Shown here one piece after another: positions 22,108 to 32,992 of a stretch of DNA of 64,000 nucleotides; the first letter of the stretch is position 1, and each line of letters starts with the position of its first letter. This stretch comes from Endomicrobiales bacterium. GTDB taxonomy: Bacteria > Elusimicrobiota > Endomicrobiia > Endomicrobiales > CAWCFT01. The notes below the pieces were generated by a model. The model did no database searches. It saw only the letters and a list, made by a program, of their open reading frames with translations, and was not told the DNA's origin. The position numbers were made by a program, and so were the translations under genes. The stretch spans positions 32,001 to 96,000 of the forward strand of contig CAWCFT010000008.1 of assembly GCA_963794945.1 (NCBI GenBank), read 5' to 3'.

Positions 22108-25100
22108 ATGCACTCAGAATTTGTTCACCTTCACAATCATACCGAATATTCCCTTTTGGACGGCGCCTGCCGCCTTACGGACGACCGTGGCAAGCCCGCG
22201 GAACTCCTGCACATTATATCCAAAGAATACAAGATGCCGGCTCTAGCCATAACCGACCACGGCAACATGTACGGTGCTATGGAGTTTTTCTCTGCATGCC
22301 GGGAGTCCGGCATAAAACCGATAGTCGGCTGCGAGGTCTACCTGGCTCCCGGGTCGCGTTTCGATAAAGAGAACAAGAGGGGGTCGGACACGGAGAACTA
22401 TTTCCACCTTACCTTGCTTGCCAAGGATTTTACTGGCTACCAGAACCTGATGCATATTGTTAGCCTGGGATTCCTTGAAGGCTTCTATTACAAGCCGCGA
22501 ATAGATAAAGAACTCCTTAGAAAACACCACGAGGGTATAATCGCCCTTTCGGGCTGCCTTCAGGGCGAAGTCGCCAAGTCCCTGATGAAAGACAAATTCG
22601 CGGAAGCCGAAAAACTGGCGCAGGAATACCGCGATATATTTGGAAAAGATAATTATTACCTTGAAGTGATGGACCACGGGCTTGAGGACCAGAAAAGGAT
22701 TATCCCCCACCTGATGGAGCTCTCGAGCAAAAGCGGCATTCCTCTTGTTGCAACTAACGACTGCCACTTCCTAAAAAAGGATGATGCATACGACCACGAC
22801 GTGCTGCTTTGTATAGGCACCGGTAGAACGCTCGACGACCCTGGACGCATGAAGTTTTCTTCCGACCAGTTCTATTACAAAAGTCCGGCTGAGATGATAA
22901 AGCTTTTTGACTACATCCCGGACGCGGCAAAGAACACGCTTGCTATTGCCGACAAGGTTGGCCTCGACATAAATTTCGACCAATTACTACTGCCGCATTA
23001 CCCCGTGCCGGAGGGCGAGACCGCGGAGAGCTACCTTAAAAAGTTATGCGTACAGGGCCTCAAGACCCGTTACGGAGAAGTGACCGAGAAACACACAAAA
23101 AGGCTTGAACACGAGCTTGCTATTATAAATAAAATGGGGTTCGCGGCATACTTCCTTATAGTCTGGGACTTCATCGCTTACGCAAAAAGCCAGGGCATAC
23201 CGGTCGGACCTGGGCGCGGCTCGGGCGCCGGCGCCATAGTCGCCTACACGCTTGGCATAACCGACATTTGCCCGCTTAAGTACGGCCTCCTCTTTGAAAG
23301 GTTCCTGAACCCCGACAGGCGCTCCATGCCCGACCTCGACATAGATTTTGCCGATGCCGGGCGCGAACGCGTCATCGAGTATGTTATAAAAAAATACGGC
23401 GCGAGCAACTGCGCGCAGATAATAACTTTCGGCTCGATGCAGGCAAGGCTTGTTATTCGCGACGTCGGCCGCGTGATGGGCTTTACCCCGGGCGAAACGG
23501 ACAGGATAGCGAAGATGGTGCCGTTCGGCTCTAACATCTATACCGCCCTGCAAACTGTGCCCGAGCTAAAGAACCTTACGCACTCTGATGAACGTCTCAA
23601 AAAACTGATATCCTCTTCCCAGAAGCTGGAGGGCCTCAAGCGCCATACGGGAGTCCACGCAGCGGGCATGGTAATAGCTAAAGAAGAGATAACCAAGTTC
23701 TCCCCGCTCGCCAAAGGTTCTAAGGACATTATCACCACCCAATATGACGGCAACATACTACCGAAGCTGGGCCTTTTAAAAGTAGACTTTCTCGGTTTGC
23801 GAACGCTTACAATAATCGATGATGCAGTAAAAATGATAAGGGCAAACAAGAAGCCAGATTTCACTTTAAAAGACTTAGACCTTTCTGACAAGCCGACATT
23901 TAAACTTCTTAACGCGGCCCAGGCGCTCGGCGTTTTCCAGTTGGAATCGCGCGGTATGCGCGACCTTTTGAGGAAACTACAACCGACCGACATAGAAGAT
24001 GTGATAGCTCTAATAGCGCTCTACCGCCCGGGCCCTATGGGTTCTGGCATGATAGACGACTTTGTCGGAAGGAAACATGGACGAACTAAAACGAAATACG
24101 ACCACGCTTTGCTCGAACCGATACTAAAAGACACATACGGCGTCATTCTCTACCAGGAACAGGTAATGCGGATAGCGACCGACCTTGCCGGCTTTACCGC
24201 TGGCGAAGCAAACGGCCTGCGCAAAGCTATGGGCAAAAAGATACCCGAAGAAATAGAAAAACAGCGCGAGAAGTTCATCGCCGGCGCAAAAGCCAAGGGC
24301 GTAGATAAGCACATATCCGAGAAAACTTTCGACCTCCTGGTAAAATTCGGCGGATACGGCTTCAACAAGTCCCACGCCGCGGCTTATGGGATAGTATCCT
24401 ACCAGACAGCGTACCTTAAAGCTAACTACACAATAGAATACCTGACTGCACTCATGAACTCCGAGATCGGCCGATCCGTGGCGGGCAAGGAAGAAGAGGA
24501 ATCAAAGCTCTCCACTTACGTGCAGGACGCCGAGAAGTTCGGAATAAAGATACTGCCTCCAAACGTTGACTGTTCAGAAACCAAGTTTTCGATCGAAGGC
24601 AGCAACATACGCTTCGGCTTGATGGCAGTTAAGAACGTTGGGGAAGGCGCGGCTCAGTCCATTGTCGACTCGCGCAAGATGAAGGGGCCGTTCAAATCAT
24701 GGGAGGAGTTCATAAACAGGGTAGACCTTCACGCGATAAACCATAAAGTCTTTGAATCGTTGATAAAGGCCGGAGCTTTCGACCAATTTGGCGAAAAATA
24801 CAACGGAACACGGGCGTATCTTACGGCAAACCTGGACAAGTCGCTTGAGCGCGCCCAGAGCCACAACAAGGATTCGGCTATTGGGCAAGGCTCGCTGTTC
24901 GAGCCGGAACAGTTCGCCGCGGATACCGATAATAACGTCAAAGTAGAACCCTGGTCTGAGCATGACGCCTTGAGCTTCGAAAAAGAAGTCCTTGGCTTTT
25001 ACCTCTCCGGCCACCCGCTCGCACAGCACCAGCACGAGCTTGTGGCCTATTCGCAGTATCGGCTTGACCATCTGCCCCAGGGGGGGGACGACCCGAGGTC

Positions 25101-25617
25101 TTCTCCACTGGTTCGCCTGGCAGGCATGATAGCGAACGCAAAAAAACTCATGACAAAAGAAAAGAAAGAACCATACGCCCGGTTCAAGTTAGAAGACTTA
25201 AATGGCGAGATAGAAGTGGTCGTTTTCCCCAAGAGCTACGCCGCAGGCATGGCAAAGTATATTGTCCCAAACACGCTGGTTGTGGTCAAGGGGCGGTTGT
25301 CAGGCAGGGATTCGTCCAACGAGCTTCTTGCTGAAGAGATGATGACTATGGAAGAAGCAAAGCGTAAACTTGTGCCTTACACAGGCACCATACACCTTAA
25401 ACTATCATCAGCAGGGTTTGAAGAGAGCGCCCTTAACAGGATTAAAGATATAATCAAAGAACATCCCGGCAAATCGCCTGTAGTACTGGATGTAGCGGTC
25501 CCCGGTAAGGGAGAGTATGCCGTTGAGACTGAGCTAAGCGTAAAGTACGGCCAGAAGTTCTTTACTGACATAGAAGATCTGCTCGGCCAGGATTCCTGGG
25601 AATTAAAGTCAATATAA
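22108..25617 (+). CDS. dnaE: DNA polymerase III alpha subunit
   Basis: PHP motif HLHNHTEYSLLDG, GRGSGAG, PDLDIDF, KVDFLGL, FNKSH, OB fold. Confidence 0.99.
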   Translation: MHSEFVHLHNHTEYSLLDGACRLTDDRGKPAELLHIISKEYKMPALAITDHGNMYGAMEFFSACRESGIKPIVGCEVYLAPGSRFDKENKRGSDTENYFHLTLLAKDFTGYQNLMHIVSLGFLEGFYYKPRIDKELLRKHHEGIIALSGCLQGEVAKSLMKDKFAEAEKLAQEYRDIFGKDNYYLEVMDHGLEDQKRIIPHLMELSSKSGIPLVATNDCHFLKKDDAYDHDVLLCIGTGRTLDDPGRMKFSSDQFYYKSPAEMIKLFDYIPDAAKNTLAIADKVGLDINFDQLLLPHYPVPEGETAESYLKKLCVQGLKTRYGEVTEKHTKRLEHELAIINKMGFAAYFLIVWDFIAYAKSQGIPVGPGRGSGAGAIVAYTLGITDICPLKYGLLFERFLNPDRRSMPDLDIDFADAGRERVIEYVIKKYGASNCAQIITFGSMQARLVIRDVGRVMGFTPGETDRIAKMVPFGSNIYTALQTVPELKNLTHSDERLKKLISSSQKLEGLKRHTGVHAAGMVIAKEEITKFSPLAKGSKDIITTQYDGNILPKLGLLKVDFLGLRTLTIIDDAVKMIRANKKPDFTLKDLDLSDKPTFKLLNAAQALGVFQLESRGMRDLLRKLQPTDIEDVIALIALYRPGPMGSGMIDDFVGRKHGRTKTKYDHALLEPILKDTYGVILYQEQVMRIATDLAGFTAGEANGLRKAMGKKIPEEIEKQREKFIAGAKAKGVDKHISEKTFDLLVKFGGYGFNKSHAAAYGIVSYQTAYLKANYTIEYLTALMNSEIGRSVAGKEEEESKLSTYVQDAEKFGIKILPPNVDCSETKFSIEGSNIRFGLMAVKNVGEGAAQSIVDSRKMKGPFKSWEEFINRVDLHAINHKVFESLIKAGAFDQFGEKYNGTRAYLTANLDKSLERAQSHNKDSAIGQGSLFEPEQFAADTDNNVKVEPWSEHDALSFEKEVLGFYLSGHPLAQHQHELVAYSQYRLDHLPQGGDDPRSSPLVRLAGMIANAKKLMTKEKKEPYARFKLEDLNGEIEVVVFPKSYAAGMAKYIVPNTLVVVKGRLSGRDSSNELLAEEMMTMEEAKRKLVPYTGTIHLKLSSAGFEESALNRIKDIIKEHPGKSPVVLDVAVPGKGEYAVETELSVKYGQKFFTDIEDLLGQDSWELKSI

Positions 25618-25621
25618 CATC

Positions 25622-25734
25622 AGTTCAAAAGATCAAGAGTTCAAGGTTCAAAGTTGGCGCCTTAACCACTAATCATGATCAAGTTTTGTTAAAATTACCT
25701 TTGAACTTTTGGACCATTGAACCCTTGAGCTTTT
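25622..25734. repeat. Inverted 7-8-mer repeat hairpin, type C (GTTCAAn)
   Basis: gttcaaaa gatcaaga gttcaag gttcaaa ... tttgaac ttttggac cattgaac ccttgagc. Confidence 0.8.
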
Positions 25735-25738
25735 AGTT

Positions 25739-26807
25739 ATGAACCGAACAATATTTTTCTTATCCCTTCTAATGTTTTCGCTGTACTGCAATTCCGGCGC
25801 AAATGAAACACGTTACTACCAAAAACTTGCCACGGGCGACATAAACTGTCTTTTGTGCCCCAGGAACTGCGTTCTGCGCGAAGGCCAAACCGGTGTGTGC
25901 CGCACTAGAAAGAACGTCAACGGCAAACTTGAGAGCCTAGTGTACGGCAAACTCGTTTCTGTAAACATTGACCCAATAGAAAAGAAACCCCTCTTCCATT
26001 TCCTACCCAGAACACCCACTTTTTCCATAGCTACTGCCGGCTGTAACCTTCGCTGCGTTTTTTGCCAGAACTGGGAAATCTCACAGGCCGAACCAGGCGA
26101 CGTACGGGCGCAAAACGTTTCACCTGAAGAGCTAATCGCCGCCGCAAAGAAAAATAATTGCCCATCGATATCCTATACATATTCCGAGCCGGTAGCTTTC
26201 TACGACTACATGTACGATTCGGCAATGCTCGCAAGAAAGAACGGCATAAAGAACGTTCTTGTAACGTGCGGCTACATCAACCCGGAACCATTGAAAGACC
26301 TGTCAAAATTCCTGGACGCTGCGAACGTTGACCTCAAGGGCTTCTCGGACAATACGTACAGGTGGGTCAGCTGCGACACAACTGGCGCCTGTGCTTGAGA
26401 CATTGAAGGTCCTAAAAGAAAACGGTGTATGGCTTGAAGTAGGCTATCTTGTTATACCTTCAGTCAACGACAGCCCTAAGGAAATGAAGGGCCTTATGGA
26501 CTGGATAGTAAAAGACCTCGGTAAAGACGTGCCCGTGCATTTCCTCCGTTTTTTCCCAAGGCACAAACTGACTAATCTCCCGCCGACACCCGTGGAAACG
26601 CTTGATCAGGCGTATAGGCTTGCAAAGGCAGCGGGCATTAATTACGTTTATATCGGGAACGTGCCGGGATCGAAATACGAAAACACTTATTGCCCGAGAT
26701 GCAAAAATATGCTAGTTGAAAGGAAAGGCTACTTCATAGAAGAATTCAATATAGTTAACGGGCACTGCAAGTTTTGCGGACAGAAGATACCGGGGGTATG
26801 GAAATAG
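25739..26807 (+). CDS. amrS: AmmeMemoRadiSam system radical SAM enzyme (frameshift ~26375)
   Basis: CLLCPRNC, DPIEKKPLFHF, GCNLRCVFCQNWEIS, YIGNVPG..NTYCP.C. Confidence 0.93.
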
Positions 26808-26912
26808 AAAATCAAATATCAAAATTTTAATGTTAAAGATACAAGTCAACATTTAAAGTGTTTTTACTTATTAAAGCCGTTAACCTTAATTTTGATATTT
26901 GATGTTTGATAT
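26808..26912. repeat. Inverted heptamer-repeat hairpin, type B
   Basis: aaatcaaatatcaaaatt ... gttaaccttaattttgatatttgatgtttgatatt. Confidence 0.8.
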
Positions 26913-26927
26913 TGCGAGGGAAAGAAA

Positions 26928-28454
26928 ATGAAATACAAACCTTATTTATCTATCTTTTTATGTATGTCCATGTGTTGCTGCGGCAATGCCTCTGATACTA
27001 GAAAACCCGCTGTTGCGGGCCAGTTCTACCCAGCAAACCCCAATGTGCTCAGATCGGATATAGCTTCTTACCTGTCAAGAGTGCCAGAACAAAAAATTCA
27101 GGGCACACCGGTAGCTTTCCTCGTGCCGCACGCTGGGTACGAGTATTCGGCTCAAACCGCCGCCTATTCGTATTGCCTGCTGTCAGGAATGAATGTCAAA
27201 AATATCGTCATTCTAGGCAATAGCCATCATTTCGGTCTTTCAAAAGCCGCTGTTTATCCGTCAGGGAAATTCGACTCCCCAATAGGCGCTTTAGAGATCA
27301 ACGAGGCGCTGGCTCGTAAAATAATTTCAGAAAGCCCTCTTTTTGAGGAGAACAGAATGCCGCATGGCCCCGAACACTCGCTTGAAGTACAGGTCCCATT
27401 CCTGTTGATGACCATGAAAAATATAAGCATCGTACCTATACTTATGGGCAATTCCAATTTTTCTCTGTATGACTGCCAAAAGGCCGGAGAAGCAGTCGCA
27501 AAAGCGATAAAAGACCTTGGCCTTGAAGGTACAACCGTCATTATTGCGTCAAGCGACCTATCGCATTATCCCTCATGGGCAAATGCGAATATGTCGGACG
27601 CCGCCTCACTCAAGGCAATAGGTAACTTTGACCCGTCAGCGCTAGAAAAAGTCAATTCAAGCATCATGTCCGCTTCGGTCCAAAACTTAGTATGCACTTT
27701 ATGCGGTATTGAGGATGTTTTCGCCGCTATGTACGCAGCAAAAGCGCTCGGCGCTGATAAAGCGCAGGTTTTGCATTACGAAAATTCCGGAGACGTAACC
27801 GGGGATAAATCACGGGTGGTCGGTTATGGAGCGGCGGTATTTTATAAGGAAGGAACAAATACTACTCAGGGCAAACGCCCTGCAACGGAGAAAAATATGA
27901 GCAATTTCAGCGTCAGTGAAAAGAACCAGAAAGAACTGCTTAAAGTCGCAAGGTTGTCCATCGGTAATTATTTGAAAACAAAAAAACTGTCTAATTACAA
28001 GACATCCGACCCCGAGCTGCTGACACCTGCCGCCGTGTTTGTCACGCTTACCCAGAACAGCGCCCTGCGCGGCTGCATTGGCACGACTGAACCGCACGCG
28101 CCGCTTTACGAAGCGGTTAACCAGCTGGCTGTCGCGGCTGCGTTCGAGGATTACCGTTTCAGCCCTATGACAGAAGCCGAGCTTCCGAAAACCCACATAG
28201 AGATATCAGTGCTTTCGCCGCTCACGCGCGTCAGGAGCGCCGACGAGATAAAACCGGGTGTACACGGCGTTGTGGTACGGCAGGGCGGCAGGAGCGGCCT
28301 TTTCCTACCGCAGGTGTGGGAACAGATACCCGGCAAGGAAGAATTCCTCAACGAACTCTGCTGGCAGAAAGCCGGCCTTCAGCCTTCAGCGTGGAAAGAC
28401 CCCAAAACTGAACTGTATATATTCACTGTATTCGCTTTTGAAGAACCGAAATAA
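26928..28454 (+). CDS. amrB: AmmeMemoRadiSam protein B (MEMO1) fused to protein A (AMMECR1)
   Basis: RKPAVAGQFYP, PHAGYEYS, EHSLEVQ, SSDLSHY, VVGY; then VFVTL..LRGCIG, EISVLS, FLPQVW. Confidence 0.93.
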   Translation: MKYKPYLSIFLCMSMCCCGNASDTRKPAVAGQFYPANPNVLRSDIASYLSRVPEQKIQGTPVAFLVPHAGYEYSAQTAAYSYCLLSGMNVKNIVILGNSHHFGLSKAAVYPSGKFDSPIGALEINEALARKIISESPLFEENRMPHGPEHSLEVQVPFLLMTMKNISIVPILMGNSNFSLYDCQKAGEAVAKAIKDLGLEGTTVIIASSDLSHYPSWANANMSDAASLKAIGNFDPSALEKVNSSIMSASVQNLVCTLCGIEDVFAAMYAAKALGADKAQVLHYENSGDVTGDKSRVVGYGAAVFYKEGTNTTQGKRPATEKNMSNFSVSEKNQKELLKVARLSIGNYLKTKKLSNYKTSDPELLTPAAVFVTLTQNSALRGCIGTTEPHAPLYEAVNQLAVAAAFEDYRFSPMTEAELPKTHIEISVLSPLTRVRSADEIKPGVHGVVVRQGGRSGLFLPQVWEQIPGKEEFLNELCWQKAGLQPSAWKDPKTELYIFTVFAFEEPK

Positions 28455-28458
28455 ATAA

Positions 28459-28553
28459 AGTTATAAGCTGTAAGTCATAAGCTATAAGTAACCACCCTCA
28501 AGGCTTATTCTGTTGGCCGTTAGCTTACAACTTAAAGCTTATAGCTTATAGCT
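28459..28553. repeat. Inverted heptamer-repeat hairpin, type A
   Basis: agttata agctgta agtcata agctata ... gcttaca acttaaa gcttata gcttata gct. Confidence 0.85.
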
Positions 28554-28559
28554 AATATT

Positions 28560-29153
28560 ATGATATTTATCGAAGGCCTCACATTAGGTTTCGCTAATAA
28601 CATCTTTTGTATCGGCACTTGTGTGCCCGCCCTCCTGCCTGTCGTCCTTGGCCAAAAAGATAAACCTGTATACCCTGTATTAAAATTTATGACGGGAAGA
28701 TTGATAGCTTACGTACTATTCGGGCAGTATCCGGGGCTGCCGGCATATACTTCGAAGGAAGGATTAACCCGCGGATATTTTCTGTCTTTGTGATCCTTCT
28801 TGCCATTTTTATAATTTTTTTTGCTCTGGCAGATGTTAAACTAAAACTCTGCCCTGCGGGCCTCATGAGATTTGTCAACAAAAATATCCCGTTCTACCTG
28901 GGGTTCGTGATGGGGCTGAATATCTGCCCGCCGTTCCTGATGGGATTATCACGAACTCTTGAGTTTGGCAGCGTTTTTTCGTCAGTTTGTGTTTTTTCTT
29001 GGGTTTTATCTGGGTTCAAGCGCGTGGCTTATCGCTTTCCTTTTCTTTGGAAGACTGCCGAGGCTAAACTACGTAAATATTGCAGGAAGGGTACTCGCCG
29101 CCGCGGTCGGTATGTGGTATATATACAACGGAATTGTCTTGCTATTATTCTAA
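28560..29153 (+). CDS. DsbD_2/sulfite-exporter-like membrane protein (two frameshifts)
   Basis: C..TC.P and GLNICPPF motifs, GRLIAY, F.LG.S; three overlapping fragments. Confidence 0.7.
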
Positions 29154-29165
29154 AATGCTGTATAA

Positions 29166-29208
29166 ATAAAAGCGGCCCGGATGGGCGTCCACGTCATCCG
29201 AGCCGCTT
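29166..29208 (-). terminator. Rho-independent terminator of the amt-glnK operon
   Basis: aagcggcccggatg/catccgagccgctt stem followed by a U-rich tract on the minus strand. Confidence 0.7.
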
Positions 29209-29220
29209 ATACTTCAACTA

Positions 29221-29330
29221 AGTTCAAGGTTCAAGGTTTAAAGTTCAAAAGTTACTATCAAACTCAACAACGTATGTTATTAGTTGTTAAAACATCGTGA
29301 TTGAACCCTTGAACCTTTGAGCTTTGAACC
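29221..29330. repeat. Inverted heptamer-repeat hairpin, type C
   Basis: agttcaa ggttcaa ggtttaa agttcaa ... ttgaacc cttgaacc tttgagc tttgaacc. Confidence 0.85.
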
Positions 29331-29334
29331 GCTT

Positions 29335-29676
29335 TTAACCTATCGCATCGTGGCCTGTTTCACCCGTTCTTATCCTCAAGCATTCCTGAAGTTCAAGAAC
29401 GAATATCTTGCCGTCGCCAACCTCGCCAGTCCTCGCGCCTTTGACTATCGCGCCTATTGTGGGCTTAACGAAATCATCATTAACGGCTATCTCGATCTGG
29501 ACTTTTCTCAAAAGGTTCCCGCTCTCTTTAACGCCGCGATAAACTTCTGTCACACCCATCTGCCTGCCGTGCCCGAGCACTTCGCTTACAGTTATAAGGT
29601 TAACCTCGGCTTTATAAAGTTCCTTTTTTACTTCACCCAGCTTATCCGGCTGTATCACCGCTATTATAAGTTTCAT
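29335..29676 (-). CDS. glnK: P-II nitrogen regulator
   Basis: [22 protein letters not shown]; downstream of amtB. Confidence 0.93.
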   Translation of the reverse strand: MKLIIAVIQPDKLGEVKKELYKAEVNLITVSEVLGHGRQMGVTEVYRGVKESGNLLRKVQIEIAVNDDFVKPTIGAIVKGARTGEVGDGKIFVLELQECLRIRTGETGHDAIG

Positions 29677-29689
29677 GAATAACTCCTAA

Positions 29690-29768
29690 TTATAAGATTT
29701 GAATATTAAAAATTTAGAAAATTAGGGCCCTTAAAATCTTCCAATTTTCATAATCTTTAATTTATAAT
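29690..29768. repeat. Inverted 8-9-mer repeat hairpin, type D (AAGATTn)
   Basis: taagattttgaatattaaaaatttagaaaatt ... aatcttccaattttcataatctttaattt; near-copy at 31430. Confidence 0.75.
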
Positions 29769-30998
29769 TTATTCTAGAACGGTATACGCGCCTTCTCTGT
29801 GTTGTGTAAGGTCAAGGCCGATCACCTCGTCCCTTTCTTCGACTCTTACACCCACAGTCGCGTCCACAATTTTATATATTACGTATGTGACTATAAGCGT
29901 GTATATCACGGTTACGAGAACGGCAAAAGCCTGGATAGCCAGCTGTTTAGGATTACCGTACAATAAACCATTGGCAGCTGAAGGATTGATCAGCTTCGTA
30001 GCGAATATTCCCGCGAGAAGCGTCCCAAGTATCCCACCGACACCGTGTACACCGAAAGCATCAAGTGAATCATCATAACCGAGCTTTGGTTTGATCAAAC
30101 CAACCGAAATAAAGCATATGGTGCTCGCTAAAACACCCACGACCATACCTGCAAGAGGCGTTATATAGCCTGATGCCGGAGTTACGGTCGCAAGGCCCGC
30201 TATTGAACCGGTCACAACGCCGAACGTGGTCGGCCTGCCGTTGTGTATCCATTCAAGAAGCGCCCAAACAGCCCCGCCCGCGGCGGCAGCCGCGTTTGAA
30301 GCCACGAACGTGCTGACAGCCAAACCGTTAGCTGCAAGGGCCGAGCCGGCGTTAAAGCCGAACCAGCCGAACCATAGAAGCGCCGCGCCAAGCACCGTGA
30401 ACGGCAGGTTATGAGGCGGCACAGGCACATTTTCGTAGCCTTTGCGTTTGCCTATCACAAGAGCCGTAACGAGGGCCGCTATGCCGGCGGTCGTATGGAC
30501 AACTATGCCGCCGGCAAAATCAAGCACGCCCATATTCTTGAGCCAACCGCCTGTACCCCAAACCCAATGCGCAACCGGGTCGTAAACAAACGTCGCCCAA
30601 AGAACAGAAAACAAAAGAAAAGCCGAGAATTTCATCCTCTCGGCAAACGCTCCTATTATCAACGCGGGTGTTATAACCGCGAACATTGCCTGAAATATCA
30701 TGAACGCCTGGTGAGGGATAGTGCCGGCGTAAGCCGCATAGGGATCAAGGCCCACACCATTCAACCCAAGCCACTGAAGTCCGCCTATAAAACCATTTCC
30801 CGGAGAAAACGCCAAACTGTACCCAAAAAGCATCCACTGCAAACTCAAAACGCACAACGCCGCGAAGCACTGCATCAGAACACCAAGTATGTTCTTACGC
30901 CTGACCATGCCACCGTAAAAAAAAGCCAATCCCGGTGTCATTAACATTACTAGACCTGCCGCGGCTAAAACAAACGCCGTATCGCCTGCATTGATCAT
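29769..30998 (-). CDS. amtB: Ammonium transporter
   Basis: [51 protein letters not shown]. Confidence 0.97.
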   Translation of the reverse strand: MINAGDTAFVLAAAGLVMLMTPGLAFFYGGMVRRKNILGVLMQCFAALCVLSLQWMLFGYSLAFSPGNGFIGGLQWLGLNGVGLDPYAAYAGTIPHQAFMIFQAMFAVITPALIIGAFAERMKFSAFLLFSVLWATFVYDPVAHWVWGTGGWLKNMGVLDFAGGIVVHTTAGIAALVTALVIGKRKGYENVPVPPHNLPFTVLGAALLWFGWFGFNAGSALAANGLAVSTFVASNAAAAAGGAVWALLEWIHNGRPTTFGVVTGSIAGLATVTPASGYITPLAGMVVGVLASTICFISVGLIKPKLGYDDSLDAFGVHGVGGILGTLLAGIFATKLINPSAANGLLYGNPKQLAIQAFAVLVTVIYTLIVTYVIYKIVDATVGVRVEERDEVIGLDLTQHREGAYTVLE

Positions 30999-31071
30999 CT
31001 ATGCACTCCTCATAGAGAATTTTTACAGTATATACGGGGCTGGACGCCCATGATTTAGTTACATCCTCCCT

Positions 31072-31414
31072 CTATCCTATAGCTTCACCTCCGGTTTCGC
31101 CTGTCCTTATCCTTATACAGTCCTTGAGATCAAGGACGAATATTTTCCCGTCGCCGACTTCTCCGGTCCTCGCACCCCTCTCAACTGCTTTTATGGTGCG
31201 GTCAAGGAAGTGTCGTTAACGCGCTATTTCTAGCCTTACCTTTCTTAAAAGGTTTCCGTTCTCTTTTACACCGCGGTAGACTTCCGAGACGCCCAACTGC
31301 CTGCCGTGCCCTAATACTTCGCTTAACCGTAATGAGATTAACCTCTTCTTTATACAATTCTTTTTTCACATAGTCAAGCTTGTGCGCCTGAATTATCGCT
31401 ATTACCATTTTCAT
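31072..31414 (-). CDS. glnK: P-II nitrogen regulator, second copy (frameshifted)
   Basis: [13 protein letters not shown]...; [10 protein letters not shown] and IRIRTGE in other frames; paralog of 29335..29676. Confidence 0.85.
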
Positions 31415-31429
31415 AGTTTACTCCTTATT

Positions 31430-31508
31430 ATAAGATTTTGAAGATTACAACAATTTGAAAATTATGGCCTTAGAAATCTTCCAATTTTCATAATCTTTAA
31501 TTTTTAAT
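31430..31508. repeat. Inverted repeat hairpin, type D (duplicate of 29690)
   Basis: taagattttgaagattacaacaatttgaaaatt ... aatcttccaattttcataatctttaattt. Confidence 0.75.
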
Positions 31509-32888
31509 TTATTCTAGAACCGTATACGCGCCTTCTTTGTGCTGCGTGAGGTCAAGGCCGACGATCTCGTCTTTTTCAGTGCTCTGACGCCAACGATGAT
31601 GTCAACCAGCTTGCAGATAACGAAAGTCATAACGAAACTATAAACTATAGTTACCCCAACGGCTTTAAGCTGAACAATGAATTGGGCCGGGTTACCAAAA
31701 AACAATCCATCCGCTCCAGCAGGATTGATGGCTTTAGAAGCAACAACCCCGTAGCTAGAGCTCCCCAGATTCCTCCGATACCGTGAACACCGAAGGCGTC
31801 GAGAGAATCATCATATCCGAACTTAGGCTTAATGAAAGCAACCATTATGAAGCAGATAACGCTCACCATAAAACCGATTATTATCGCTGGAATTACTCCT
31901 ACGAATCCGGACGCCGGGGTTATGGCTACAAGCCCGGCAACAGCCCCGGTCGCAACACCCAGAGTAGTAGGCTTACCGTTATGGAACCATTCGAGAAGCG
32001 CCCAGGCAAGGCCAGCTGCGGCAGCTGCCGTGTTCGTCACAACAAAAGCGCTTACCGCAAGGCCGCTCGCGCTAAGCGCCGAGCCCGCGTTAAAACCGAA
32101 CCATCCGAACCACAAAAGGCCCGCACCGATCACTGTAAAAGGTATATTATGAGGAGGAATAGGCTGATTCTCGTAGCCTTTTCTTTTTCCAAGAAAATAG
32201 CCGTTACGATAGCCGCTATACCGGCATTGATATGAACGACCGTTCCGCCCGCGAAATCAAGCGCTCCCATGTCCCTTAGGAAACCGCCGACTCCCCAAAC
32301 CCAGTGAGCAACGGGGCAATAAACGAAAGTTGACCAGAGAATAGAGAAAAGCAGGAAAGCCGAGAATTTCATCCTCTCGGCAAAAGCGCCTACTATAAGC
32401 GCGGGAGTTATTACCGCGAACATAGCCTGGAATATCATGAAAAGCTGGTGCGGAATGGTTGGGGATAATCCGCATACGGAGTACAGCCCGACACCGTTAA
32501 GGCCTATCCATTGAAGCCCTCCCCAAAAGCCTTTAGCCGGCCCGAAAGCCAGGCTGTACCCGAAAAGGACCCACTGGAGGCTGATGACACAAAGCATTAT
32601 TCCGCACTGCATGAGAATGCTTAATACATTTTTTTTCCTTACAAGGCCGCCATAGAAAAGCGCCAGGCCAGGTATGGTCATAAGCATTACAAGCGCGGTG
32701 GAAGTTAAAACCCAAGACGTGTCTCCCGTATCTATTTTAGAAGAAGTTGGGGCGGGTGCGGCGGGGACAGCGGCAACCGCTGCCGGCTGGTTCTGAACTG
32801 CGGACTCCTCGGCTGATATCATCACCGGCGCGACTAGAGAGGCTAAAACGAACGTCAAAAGCAATATCCGGAAATATTTTACTAACAT
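31509..32888 (-). CDS. amtB: Ammonium transporter with signal peptide, second copy (several frameshifts)
   Basis: [47 protein letters not shown] across fragments. Confidence 0.92.
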
Positions 32889-32916
32889 AGTTACACTCCT
32901 TAACTAGTTTTAAAAT

Positions 32917-32992
32917 AAAAAAAGCCTAAATTCCCTGCGTCTGGGATTATAGGCTTCAGTGCCGTAAAGTAATTAAAGCATCTTTGCTTTAA
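32917..32992 (-). promoter_or_regulatory. ANTAR-type dual hairpin overlapping an intrinsic terminator (amtB leader)
   Basis: ttaaagC-AAAGAT-Gctttaa, then ggC-ACTGAA-Gcc overlapping the terminator agccta...taggct-T7. Confidence 0.85.

Noticed and set aside
22108..25617. Intein in dnaE
   Set aside because: Length (1169 aa) and motifs are continuous; no C...HN splice junctions or LAGLIDADG block.
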